A stretch of 14,819 nucleotides of DNA from positions 1-14,819 of the forward strand of contig JAHLWH010000170.1 in the NCBI GenBank assembly GCA_019058015.1, read 5' to 3'. Below the pieces are notes generated by a model, which was not told where the DNA came from, did not search any database, and saw only the letters and a program-made list of their open reading frames with translations. This document shows, piece by piece, positions 1-8,886 of the stretch. How positions within the stretch are numbered: position 1 is the stretch's first letter; the number at the start of each line of letters is the position of its first letter. The position numbers and the translations under genes are program-made. This stretch comes from Promethearchaeota archaeon. Its GTDB lineage: Archaea; Asgardarchaeota; Lokiarchaeia; Sigyniarchaeales; SOKP01.

Positions 1-16
1 ATAAAAGGGAGCCAGT

Positions 17-202
17 TTGCCTGAATATGAAGTTAAGATAAAATTCCATATTTTTCCATATAGAAAATTCAACATTATCGCTACTGATGATGAAGAAGCG
101 AGAAGAATTGCTAAAATCCAAGCAGAACATATTATTAATACTTTAGACTTTACTATTGCTAGTATAAGAACTAAACGATATTTGATGGACAGGTTTTTAT
201 GA
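17..202 (+). CDS. Small hypothetical protein, possibly from a mobile element or virus
   Basis: 61-aa ORF with a TTG start after a GGGAG RBS-like sequence. Its TGA overlaps the ATG of a following 12-codon micro-ORF (ATGA at 199-202). No family recognised. Confidence 0.5.
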   Translation: MPEYEVKIKFHIFPYRKFNIIATDDEEARRIAKIQAEHIINTLDFTIASIRTKRYLMDRFL

Positions 203-256
203 AAAGAGCAAATCTATTCTGTCCTTGTTCGAATTAAAAAGAGAAAATTTTTACTC

Positions 257-697
257 TTAATTTAACTTAACATTTGCTAAAGAATATCTAACCGCCCACC
301 CTTCCACATTTTTATCCAATTCTTTTACTTTCCTCACCATAGGCACAAAATCACCGTCTCCAGATACCAATACCGCCGTATCATACGCATTTTCATACGC
401 AAGAGAAATTATATCAATCGCGATTTTGATATCAACTTTCTTCTCAATGGCATCACTAAACGTTATCTTATCAAAACTCGCTTTAATCACATATCCACTT
501 CTATTACTTAAATCTTCATACCACTTCTTCTTCTCTGGACTCATGGGATACACGACACCTTCATATAAAAATATGCCCTGTAATTTTCGGCCCTTAGTTA
601 TGATGTGTTTCAGTTTTTCATAGTCTGCCTTGATATTATACTTCCTAAAGCCCTTGAAAATGTTGCTATTATCTATAAAGATTATGATTCGTTCCAT
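257..697 (-). CDS. NYN/LabA (PIN-like) domain protein, apparently C-terminally truncated
   Basis: Motifs IFIDNSN, EKKVD and LVSGDGDF are typical of the NYN/LabA family. It ends abruptly after YSLAN and lacks the usual final helix/strand. Confidence 0.85.
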   Translation of the reverse strand: MERIIIFIDNSNIFKGFRKYNIKADYEKLKHIITKGRKLQGIFLYEGVVYPMSPEKKKWYEDLSNRSGYVIKASFDKITFSDAIEKKVDIKIAIDIISLAYENAYDTAVLVSGDGDFVPMVRKVKELDKNVEGWAVRYSLANVKLN

Positions 698-810
698 ATC
701 AAAAACCTTTTTTGCTTCATTAAAGATACTAAAGTTCTTTTTTTTTTTTCAATTATTTGAACTTCTTTTGTAAATATAAGCATTTAAATACTTACTTTCT
801 ATAACCTGTT

Positions 811-927
811 GGGTGTTCTGCTACAGATGTAGAATGTTTAGTATGTGGAAAAACATTACTTCAATCTACTGGTGGTAAAGCACGAATTCTAACGAAGATT
901 TTAGAAGTGGTTTCCTCGGTAAGATAA
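811..927 (+). pseudogene. rps27e: 3' fragment of ribosomal protein S27e (copy 1)
   Basis: Translates GCSATDVECLVCGKTLLQSTGGKARILTKILEVVSSVR*, matching the C-terminal half of archaeal S27e (CxxCG...TGGKA.I...ILEV). In-frame TAA at 802-804, no start codon, first CxxC missing. Confidence 0.85.
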
Positions 928-1063
928 ATTCTATAATCCTAATACAATCATTTTGATGAAAGGATTGCTTTATCAGCAAGATAATCTCGTTTTATTATTT
1001 TATCAGTTTCTTTAAAAATATTCAATAGAAAATCTTTTATGTTAATTTCTATTTTCAACATCA

Positions 1064-2017
1064 ATGATTAACATTTTTAGTGAACAATTTGATGAGGATA
1101 TCGAAATCGGTGAATTAGCTAATTTCATTTACAGAGTAAGAAAAGATAATAATTTCTTAGGAGATCAAACTATAGAATCAATAAAAGAAGAGTTAATGGA
1201 AACAAGGGATTCGTATGATATTCTCCTATTTTATGCCTATATTAATGCTAGGTTAGTAGGATTACTTCTCTTAAATATAAACACTCCTAGATTTGGATTT
1301 ATTTGGGATTGGTATCCATATGTGGTACCAGGACCTAAAGAAGATTTAGTAGCAATTGAATTATTAAAGAATTGTATCGAATATACTGGTAGAGATATTG
1401 ATAGATTCGAAGTCGCTTTTACAATTGAGACAGAACAAGATAAGACACGATATATTCAACATTCTAAATGGTTTGAAGCATTAAATTTTTATCGAATCGC
1501 AGAAGAAGCAGTTATGGAATTAACTCTTAAAAATAAAGAATTTGAACCTCTTCCCTTTCCTGAAAATATTGATCTTAAATCAATTAAAGATGCTGATTTG
1601 AACGATTTAGTCGATTGTGCCTATGAAGTATTTAACACAAGCCAGGATACAATATTTCTGGATCTTGATGAAGCACAGAAACAAGTTATGGTAAATAAAT
1701 ATTTTGATACATCTAAACCGATTTTTGAAGACGCTTCAGTAGTCCTGATGAAAGGCGGAGACGTTATAGGATTTGTAGTTGTAAATCCTGATGGTAAACA
1801 AGCGGAAATAAGATCGTTAGGAATTAAACCCAAATATAGAAATAAAGGATTAGGAAAGAATCTATTAAAATTGAGTTTAAGTATTTTAATAAAAAATGGG
1901 TTTAAAGTGGTTTTTTTAGATGTTACATTAGAAAACAAACCTGCCCTTGGACTTTATTCAAAATTGGGCTTTAAAATATCATCTACATCTAATTTATATG
2001 GATTAACCTGTGATTAA
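1064..2017 (+). CDS. Tandem-domain GNAT family N-acetyltransferase
   Basis: C-terminal domain has the acetyl-CoA motif A (LGIKPKYRNKGLGK) and ENKPALGLYSKLGF. The N-terminal half looks like a degenerate GNAT repeat. Confidence 0.9.
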   Translation: MINIFSEQFDEDIEIGELANFIYRVRKDNNFLGDQTIESIKEELMETRDSYDILLFYAYINARLVGLLLLNINTPRFGFIWDWYPYVVPGPKEDLVAIELLKNCIEYTGRDIDRFEVAFTIETEQDKTRYIQHSKWFEALNFYRIAEEAVMELTLKNKEFEPLPFPENIDLKSIKDADLNDLVDCAYEVFNTSQDTIFLDLDEAQKQVMVNKYFDTSKPIFEDASVVLMKGGDVIGFVVVNPDGKQAEIRSLGIKPKYRNKGLGKNLLKLSLSILIKNGFKVVFLDVTLENKPALGLYSKLGFKISSTSNLYGLTCD

Positions 2018-2099
2018 CATTAAAACAAAAGAAAAAAGAAAGAAAAAAAGTAATTTTAATTTGATATTGCTTTAAAACATAGCTTCAAATGAATATAAT

Positions 2100-2153
2100 A
2101 GTACTGGTGGAAAAGCTAGGATACTAACGAAAATCTTAGAAGTCTTATCCTAA
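2100..2153 (+). pseudogene. rps27e: 3' fragment of ribosomal protein S27e (copy 2), with a natural-looking stop
   Basis: agt act ggt gga aaa gct agg ata cta acg aaa atc tta gaa gtc tta tcc taa = STGGKARILTKILEVLS*; 16/17 aa identical to 865-915. Confidence 0.8.
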
Positions 2154-2205
2154 AAAACTTAAATTTCAAATCTAATTGTGTTTTATTGTTTGAACTTCAT
2201 TTTGA

Positions 2206-2227
2206 TCGTGAAACCACCCTTTCACGA
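2206..2227. repeat. Perfect 8-bp inverted repeat with 6-nt spacer
   Basis: TCGTGAAA-CCACCC-TTTCACGA, lying between S27e copy 2 and the 3' end of the MtaA-like gene. Confidence 0.7.
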
Positions 2228-2257
2228 ACTTAGATCATATATTAAAACTATTATGGT

Positions 2258-3271
2258 TTAGTCGAAATATGTCTTTACAGCGTGTACAAAAGCTTTTACG
2301 TTTTTTATAGGTGTGTCTCCAGTAATTTCACATCCTGGTGCGACTATAAAGCGTGGATCACCTCTACTTGCATTTAAAGCTGCGTGAACTGCTACTTCAA
2401 TTTCTTTTGGTGTGCCAGATGGAAGTAATTTAACATGATCAATATTTCCAGCCACACCTATCTTATGATCAAACAATTCTTGGGTTTTAGTAATGTCAAC
2501 ATATGGTCCAATGCTCAATGTGTTTAACCTATCAATTTTTTTAAGGTAACCCGCAACAACATTTAGATGTGGCGTTATCTTTCCACACATATGAAGGATA
2601 TTATAGTCATACACATTAAGGATCTCAGGTAGATAATCTATACTGAATTCTTTTACATGAGTAGGTCTCAACATCTGAAGATCATGTTCACAGATTACAA
2701 AGATTGTTGCTCCAGCTTCTTTCAAAACATAAATGTACTCCTTAATTATTTCAATAGTTCGTTTGACTAATTGGTGTACAAAATTAGGGTTTTTTACTAG
2801 CCTTCTGATCAAAGCTTTATAAGGCATTAGCTGTAAACTAAAAGATATTGGACCCGTCATGAAAGCTGCTACAGGAACATTAGCTTCCTTGGCAAGAATT
2901 CGTGTACCTTCAATCAAAACTCTTGTACTTTCTGTTAACATGAAATCTGGTATCTCTAATCCTTCTAAATCGCTTTCTGATTCAATCACGTATTTGGTAA
3001 TCCAGGGATTTTTATTAGACGGATAAGTAACTTCTGCACCACAAGCTTCGGCAACCGGCCAGCTTGGTTCAACCTGAATTGTTGTTATATCATAACCATA
3101 CAAATCCAATGCTCTTAAATGAGCTTTTGCAGCTTTTTTCGCATCTTTATACATACTATTATAAGTTAGCCCATTTATAATCCCCGCATGATCCCCGATT
3201 TGGGGAAATACTGGTGGTCGATCAACTGAACGACCTTTCAAAGCAGCAAAAATACGATCAAATGAATCCAT
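2258..3271 (-). CDS. URO-D/MtaA-CmuA family methylcobamide methyltransferase (MT2-like)
   Basis: N-terminal DRPPVFP, Zn-binding HxC (LHMCG), AGNID and C-terminal APGC motifs; lies near a corrinoid protein. Confidence 0.85.
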   Translation of the reverse strand: MDSFDRIFAALKGRSVDRPPVFPQIGDHAGIINGLTYNSMYKDAKKAAKAHLRALDLYGYDITTIQVEPSWPVAEACGAEVTYPSNKNPWITKYVIESESDLEGLEIPDFMLTESTRVLIEGTRILAKEANVPVAAFMTGPISFSLQLMPYKALIRRLVKNPNFVHQLVKRTIEIIKEYIYVLKEAGATIFVICEHDLQMLRPTHVKEFSIDYLPEILNVYDYNILHMCGKITPHLNVVAGYLKKIDRLNTLSIGPYVDITKTQELFDHKIGVAGNIDHVKLLPSGTPKEIEVAVHAALNASRGDPRFIVAPGCEITGDTPIKNVKAFVHAVKTYFD

Positions 3272-3380
3272 TAGGTATAATATTCACTTTAATTTATAAA
3301 AATAAAAATTAGAGACTAAATAAATCTAATATTTTTAAATAATTAAATTTAATATTTTCTGAAGTTTACTCCATCTGAAG

Positions 3381-3941
3381 ATGCCTTTCGTTCAAATAAA
3401 ATATTATGATATTTATTTCGATCCTAAAGTTCAGGAGATGTGTATTTCACCTAGTTTTAAGTGTCCTTTTTATGGTCATTCGTGGAGTTGTCCTCCAAAT
3501 TCACCTTATCTTGAAAAAGCTATGTCAACTTACACAGAATTTTATTTAATCTACTCTACATTTGATCTGGAAGAATATATTAAGAAAGAAAAGGAAAGGA
3601 CAAACAGATCAGAATTTTTCATTAAAAATACATTTTTACTCACCAAAAGTTTCGAAATAAATGGTTTGGAAACTGAATTCGATAAATTCTTATCCCAATA
3701 TAATAAAAAGTATAAAAAACGACTTCTTTTGTATGATAGGACATGCAAATACTGTAAAATTCAAAACGCGGGAAATTGCACCTTTGATTCTGGCGAACTA
3801 TGCCGTTTTCCAAGAATGATAAGATATTATATGGAAGCTATAGGGATTGAAGTTATAAGGACGGTACGCGAACTGAATTTAGATGTTGAATATCCCTCCA
3901 ATAAATATTCATTTAGATTTGGCTTAGTTTGCTTTAAATAA
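3381..3941 (+). CDS. DUF2284-like Cys-rich predicted metal-binding protein
   Basis: Motifs CPFYGHSWSCPP, CKYC...C...CRFP and MEAIGIEV. Confidence 0.8.
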   Translation: MPFVQIKYYDIYFDPKVQEMCISPSFKCPFYGHSWSCPPNSPYLEKAMSTYTEFYLIYSTFDLEEYIKKEKERTNRSEFFIKNTFLLTKSFEINGLETEFDKFLSQYNKKYKKRLLLYDRTCKYCKIQNAGNCTFDSGELCRFPRMIRYYMEAIGIEVIRTVRELNLDVEYPSNKYSFRFGLVCFK

Positions 3942-3960
3942 AAAAAAATAAAAAAAAAAA
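3940..3960 (-). terminator. Oligo-T tract (minus strand) between convergent genes
   Basis: Long A-run on the + strand just downstream of the stop of the minus-strand URO-D gene, consistent with an archaeal oligo-U terminator. Confidence 0.4.
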
Positions 3961-3970
3961 TTTAAATTAA

Positions 3971-5227
3971 TTAATATTTTCCGTATTCCATTACAGCTTC
4001 GGTCATAGCTTTTACGTTTTCAATCTTAGCGTCGCCCATGCCATTGAATTCCGTTGTAACTATATAGCCTCCGCCGGGTTTGTACTTTTTTATTGTTTCT
4101 TCCATGTGTTTTTTGACTTTTTCGGGCGTTCCACTAATGAGGAGTGATGAAGGTATACCACCAGCGATACAATAATCGCCTCCTACTACATCTTTTACTT
4201 TTGATAGGTCTGTTTTATCAAACCAAAGAATCACTTTCCCTTTAGGAAGTTCTAAAAGAGTGTCTAACAAATGATCGTAGCGACCTTGGAAGCACATGAG
4301 AGGAGTAAAATCTGCTTCAACTAATTCCTTGACAATCATTTTTATATATGGGAAATGGAATTCCCTGTACTTTTCGGGTGATAAGTATGTATTGTACCAG
4401 ATCGGACAGAACACTCTACGAGAACCTGTTACATCCCTTGAGATTTTACCTGTCATTTTCCCTACTGTGGCTAATACAGGTGCTAAGTTTTCACAAGCTG
4501 CTTTGACTTTCTCTGGCATTCTATAAAGATCCAACGAAAGAGTATCGAAATCTCTAAGGAATGCTCCAATAACGTCCAGAGGATTTGGAGCCAAAGCATA
4601 ATACCATGGAAGCCAGGCTTCTTCTTTCATTTTCCCAACAAATTCACCTAAAAAACCCGGAAATTTATTAAGTTCTTGACCCATTTTCAATAATGAGCCA
4701 ACAGCTGTTGGAGAATTTAAATTTTCTAGATTTCTATATGCTCTCGGTATAACAGTTCCCATGAGAAACTCAAAGGGTCGCTCTATTAGGTCATCATACT
4801 CATCATCGTTCATGACAGGTTTATCTATAACAAATTGTGATTCAACATTTTCCTTCAATTCTTTACCTGGCATTGAAGAGTAAACATCGGCTAAAATATC
4901 ATGTGATGCACCTCCAGCTAAAGCGGAGGAGACTGCTACACCAATAGCTAAATCAGCATCATATCCTGCTAACGCTAGTCCAAGAGGGGCACTTTCAAAT
5001 GAACGAAGGAGACTGAGACCATCCCAGTTAAAATCTCTAGCGAATTTAGTCCCTACTTCTATGTATTTATTATTGTCATAGAACATGTCATGATAACTTA
5101 CACCTGCGTATTTTGCTGGAAAGTAAGTAGTCGCAATCCCTATAGGTACTCTATCAGGTTCTTTTCCTTTCGCGGCAGTTTCTAATCTTTCTAATTTCGC
5201 TTTATAAATTTCTTCACTATCTTCCAT
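3971..5227 (-). CDS. Uroporphyrinogen decarboxylase (URO-D) superfamily protein, corrinoid-associated methyltransferase-like
   Basis: Motifs EPDRVPI, DLYRMPEKV, LSPEKYREF and CIAGGIP...GTPEKV...PGGGYI. Start placed at ATG 5227 (GGTGAG RBS) rather than the GTG at 5239; directly follows the corrinoid gene. Confidence 0.85.
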   Translation of the reverse strand: MEDSEEIYKAKLERLETAAKGKEPDRVPIGIATTYFPAKYAGVSYHDMFYDNNKYIEVGTKFARDFNWDGLSLLRSFESAPLGLALAGYDADLAIGVAVSSALAGGASHDILADVYSSMPGKELKENVESQFVIDKPVMNDDEYDDLIERPFEFLMGTVIPRAYRNLENLNSPTAVGSLLKMGQELNKFPGFLGEFVGKMKEEAWLPWYYALAPNPLDVIGAFLRDFDTLSLDLYRMPEKVKAACENLAPVLATVGKMTGKISRDVTGSRRVFCPIWYNTYLSPEKYREFHFPYIKMIVKELVEADFTPLMCFQGRYDHLLDTLLELPKGKVILWFDKTDLSKVKDVVGGDYCIAGGIPSSLLISGTPEKVKKHMEETIKKYKPGGGYIVTTEFNGMGDAKIENVKAMTEAVMEYGKY

Positions 5228-5228
5228 T

Positions 5229-5858
5229 TTATGACTCACCTTCTACCCAATTTTTAATTATTTTAACACCTTCGACTGCATCGTTGACCCAAGCATCCGC
5301 TCCCACGTGCTCACAAACACCTTGATCCATTCTTTCTCCTCCGACTATGATTTTTATTTCCTCTCTTAGTTTCGCATCACTTATACTTTCTATGGTTTTC
5401 TTCATGGGTTCTATTGATAACGTGAGCAGTCCACTCAAACCAACTACTTGAGGTTTGTGTTCCTTTATAGCATCCACAAATTTCTGGGGAAGAACATCTA
5501 CACCTAAATCAGTAACATCAAATCCTGCAGCCTTTAAGAAAGTTATAGCTATGTTCTTGCCTATATTATGTATATCCCCTTCAACAGTACCTATAACTAC
5601 TTTTCCTTTAATTTCAGATTCGGAAATAACCAATTTAGGCATTAAAAGTTCCATAGCTTCCTTGAATATCTCTCCTGCCATAATTAAATCCGTTAGAAAT
5701 GCGGTTCCTTCTATAGATTGATTGCCTATATCTGCTATACCTTTTCTGCAAGCTTCTAAAATTTTAAAGGGATCCTCATTAGCATCAAGTTTTTCCTTTA
5801 CTAATTTTAAGACCTTATCTTCCTCTAAATCAGCTATTGCATCAGAAATTTCTTTCAT
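5229..5858 (-). CDS. Corrinoid (B12-binding) protein, MtaC/MtbC-like
   Basis: B12 motif DxHxxG (EGDIHNIGK), DLGVDV, GLSGLL and IIVGG...VGAD, plus an N-terminal helical cap domain. Confidence 0.95.
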   Translation of the reverse strand: MKEISDAIADLEEDKVLKLVKEKLDANEDPFKILEACRKGIADIGNQSIEGTAFLTDLIMAGEIFKEAMELLMPKLVISESEIKGKVVIGTVEGDIHNIGKNIAITFLKAAGFDVTDLGVDVLPQKFVDAIKEHKPQVVGLSGLLTLSIEPMKKTIESISDAKLREEIKIIVGGERMDQGVCEHVGADAWVNDAVEGVKIIKNWVEGES

Positions 5859-6225
5859 ATTAATTGATCCTCACTCAATTTTTTCCTTAAAATTTTTTGA
5901 TATATTTTTATAATTTTTGAATCAAATTTCAGTATGTATAATCTTAATAAATAATTTTACTTTTTCGATCATATATTTATGAAATTGAGACATTTATTTT
6001 GTTCAAGTTAATAGCTTTTTTTATCAATAAATATAATTCTTATCCAAATCCACTATTACCTAGTAGAAATTCGTTAAGATATTTAAAATTTTAAGAGAAA
6101 AAAACCCGTACTATCTATTTTTAAAGTTTGTAAGACATTTAAGACATGAAAAGACAAACATTTTGTCTTGTTAATTTTACAAGTAGAAAGTGATAACCCT
6201 TAATATAATAATAATAACAATAATT

Positions 6226-6279
6226 TAATATTTTGTTTCCACTAATTTCATTAGCTCCCCCATAAAAAGTTGGCCTCAT
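6226..6279 (-). pseudogene. N-terminal remnant of an MBL-fold metallo-hydrolase
   Basis: MRPTFYGGANEISGNKIL resembles the 'LTFYGGVNEIGGNKIL' start of RNase J-like/MBL proteins. AGGTGG RBS upstream; similarity is lost after 18 codons. Confidence 0.6.
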
Positions 6280-6337
6280 ATTAACCCACCTTAAATTTAT
6301 TGAAAAGATAAGTAATTCTAAAATAAATAATTTCAAT

Positions 6338-6397
6338 TGCTGTGATACCACATGTGAGGGTGAATTTAAAAGTAATCCTGAAAAATATTTAAAATGA
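6338..6397 (+). pseudogene. C-terminal remnant of a YHS/TRASH domain
   Basis: CCDTTCEGEFKSNPEKYLK* resembles the YHS pattern FCxxxC...F..NPEKY; the N-terminal DPVCGM part is absent. Confidence 0.55.
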
Positions 6398-6530
6398 AAT
6401 AATTGAGGCTTCGATAGTTCGTGAAAATGGCCAAATTACAATTCCAAAAGAAATCTGGGAAAAATTAGGAATTAAAAAGGAGATAAATAGATTCTTGACT
6501 TAAAAGACAATTAAATAATAATTACTCATA
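6394..6530 (+). pseudogene. Decayed AbrB/MazE/SpoVT-family DNA-binding protein
   Basis: EIIEASIVRENGQITIPKEIWEKLGIKK, then after a frameshift GDK*ILDLKDN*III; carries the GQITIPK...LGIK.GD signature. Confidence 0.75.
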
Positions 6531-6625
6531 AGCAAATATGTAATGTGATAAACCGATATAATCTGTATAATATTTTAATAGCGTCCTACTTATAATTAAA
6601 TTAAAAATTCAAGACATAGTTGCAG

Positions 6626-7405
6626 TCAAGGTGATAATGCATTTTTAATTTCATGTCGAAGTTTATCTTTTTCTATCTCTCCATTCAATTTGACCATTTT
6701 TCCATTAATAAATATTTTTCTAGAAATGCCAAATCGCAGTAAAATTTCTGGATCATCTGCTGAAAATTCATTTAGAACAATTTTATTTCCAAATTCAGCA
6801 ACTACTTCTCTTACTCTCTGTGCTTCAACATCACTTGTTTGACAGAAAGTATTCCAAAATAGATCAATTATAACTTTACCTTTTATTGGCTTAAATATAT
6901 ATTTTTCTTTTCTAAATTGAGGAGGTTTGGCTGTTTGATCTAATTTTTTCCAAAGAATAGCTTCCTCACCTCGCTTATCAGCTATTTGGAATCCAAGACC
7001 CACAAAATATTTTGCTGGCATATACCAAAAATCCCAGAAAAAAGCGATAGTTGCAAGACCTTTGAGATTCTGTTTGCGAGTTTCTTCTTCAGCAGCTTTA
7101 ATCAATAATTTACCAATTCCTCTTTGAGAAAAACGTGAATGTGAAACTAAACAAGGAAATACCATTAAATCCTTACCTTGTACTGGCCATGGGGATATTT
7201 CAATAGGCATAATATGTATAAAACCTGCATGGATATTATCTACGAGTGCGATTTTAACTCTCAACCCTAATTTTTCCATACTACGAAGCCAAGGAATACG
7301 TCGCTGAGCGGACATTTCATACTCAAGATTATTTTCATTCACATGTGTGCAAGTTCCAACAAAATACTCATCATCTTTAGTCATATCACGAATAATTATC
7401 CCCAA
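6626..7405 (-). CDS. GNAT family N-acetyltransferase with C-terminal thioredoxin-like domain
   Basis: Motif A QRGIGKLLI..AEEE. The C-terminal part LFWNTFC...FGISRKIFING resembles a small Trx-like domain. TTG start with GGTGA RBS. Confidence 0.8.
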   Translation of the reverse strand: MGIIIRDMTKDDEYFVGTCTHVNENNLEYEMSAQRRIPWLRSMEKLGLRVKIALVDNIHAGFIHIMPIEISPWPVQGKDLMVFPCLVSHSRFSQRGIGKLLIKAAEEETRKQNLKGLATIAFFWDFWYMPAKYFVGLGFQIADKRGEEAILWKKLDQTAKPPQFRKEKYIFKPIKGKVIIDLFWNTFCQTSDVEAQRVREVVAEFGNKIVLNEFSADDPEILLRFGISRKIFINGKMVKLNGEIEKDKLRHEIKNALSP

Positions 7406-7687
7406 TTAATTCACCACACAATCATTTTTCTAGCAACCAATTGGTCTTCAATGATATCAAGATTGTATAAATAATTTATTTATTTAAAAATGTATAAAAA
7501 AGAATTGGAATCATTTATGAAAAATCTATTTGATAATTTTATTCTTCTTAGCAATAAAAGAATATACGCAAAAAAGATGTATAATCAATACTGGAATTAG
7601 AAACTCCTAAACAATTAATAGAACATGGCAAAAAAAAAGAAGGAATAAAAAATAGGCTCAAGATTTTAATTTTTTTCTATGTTTCTC

Positions 7688-7921
7688 TTATAAAGGAACA
7701 ACAATATGAGTCGCTGTTCTATCTACCCCATCTATCTTATGTATTTTTGATAAAATTACTTTTGCAATCGTCTCAATATCTTTTGCTTCTACTTTTATAA
7801 TTATATCAATCTCTCCTGTTACTGCATGAGCCTCTTTTACCTCATCCATTTTATTTAACTCATTAATTACATTTTCTACAAAACCAGCTTTAGTTCTCAT
7901 TAAAACATAACTTAAAGGCAA
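7688..7921 (-). CDS. Stand-alone Lrp/AsnC ligand-binding (RAM) domain protein
   Basis: 77 aa; EVKEAHAVTGEIDIIIKVEA...IHKIDGVDRTATHIV; no HTH. Confidence 0.9.
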   Translation of the reverse strand: MPLSYVLMRTKAGFVENVINELNKMDEVKEAHAVTGEIDIIIKVEAKDIETIAKVILSKIHKIDGVDRTATHIVVPL

Positions 7922-8114
7922 TTTTAAAAATCTCTCCTTTTGTTTCTTTTTTTAAATATTTGGCTTAAAAAATAAGATTATAACTAGACATTTAACTATT
8001 TTGTAGAAATATAAAAAAAATAACTTTATGGCCAGTATCTATTTAGATTTATATTCCTCTAGTTGCAAGAATTCTTATTCCAAATGCTAGCATGATTCCT
8101 TATGATTTCTAAAG

Positions 8115-8501
8115 TTATCTTTCTGTTTCTGATTTTCGTTTAATTTTTTCAATGAAATCTTTGCGTATAGGGTAGAAAATATCGAGCATTATAAAAGGTT
8201 CACTTCCAATACAAGTATCACTATGGGGAGTATTTGAGGGGATACAATAGAAATCTCCCTTTTGAACAATTTGCTCTTCATCACCGATGCGCAAGACCGC
8301 TTTACCAGAATATACTATGCCAATTTGTTCATGAGGATGGGAATGTAAAGGAACAGTACTCCCTACTTTTGTCTTATTGAGTACCATCATCATCTTTTCA
8401 CCATGAAGCCCTGTTAGAATAGTAGTTTCAAGCTGTGGCATTTGATTTAACTTGGTAGCATTATTTAGATTTATAAAGTAAGAAATCTTCTTCTGCTTCA
8501 T
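8115..8501 (-). CDS. Cupin domain protein
   Basis: Metal motifs PLHSHPHEQ...SG and GD...IPSNTPH, followed by LDIFYPIR. Confidence 0.9.
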   Translation of the reverse strand: MKQKKISYFINLNNATKLNQMPQLETTILTGLHGEKMMMVLNKTKVGSTVPLHSHPHEQIGIVYSGKAVLRIGDEEQIVQKGDFYCIPSNTPHSDTCIGSEPFIMLDIFYPIRKDFIEKIKRKSETER

Positions 8502-8886
8502 TTATTTATATCCTCTATTTTTAATTAAGCATTTAATTCATTAAAATAAATTAGGTTTGAAACAAAAATCATGGGTTAGGTTAAATATTTAAATATTTTC
8601 ATTACTAATTCTATTTTTTAAATATTTAAAAGAAGCAAAAAAGCCCATAAAATTTTATTAAATTTAAATTCTAAATGAGTTGGAGGACTGAAACAATAAT
8701 TAAGGATTTCAATGAAAAAAATAGATTGTTTCACTAATAATTGGACTATATTATATTTTAATTATTCATATCATATGAATACACATTAAATAAAAATAAT
8801 AAGTATTGAATAAAAGTAATTTTAGAAGATAGTTAATTCTAATATAAAATTTTTAATCACCAAAAAATAGAGGTGAATTTTCTTTT

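Noticed and set aside
756-2204. Short direct repeat TTTGAACTTC at 756-765 and 2189-2198 as a target-site duplication or att core
   Set aside because: Only 10 bp in very AT-rich DNA, and positioned differently relative to the two S27e remnants; may be chance.
2258-5227. Calling the URO-D-family genes hemE
   Set aside because: They lack the HemE RQAGR motif, and the corrinoid context and HxC/GC motifs point to methyltransferase-type members.
6139-6351. 70-aa ORF as an intact gene
   Set aside because: Only the internal 18 codons from ATG 6279 look protein-like (MBL stub); the rest reads as translated AT-rich spacer.
7517-7600. 27-codon ORF MKNLFDNFILLSNKRIYAKK...
   Set aside because: Vaguely resembles the 'ILTNKRI' PH-type motif but is too short to support a call.
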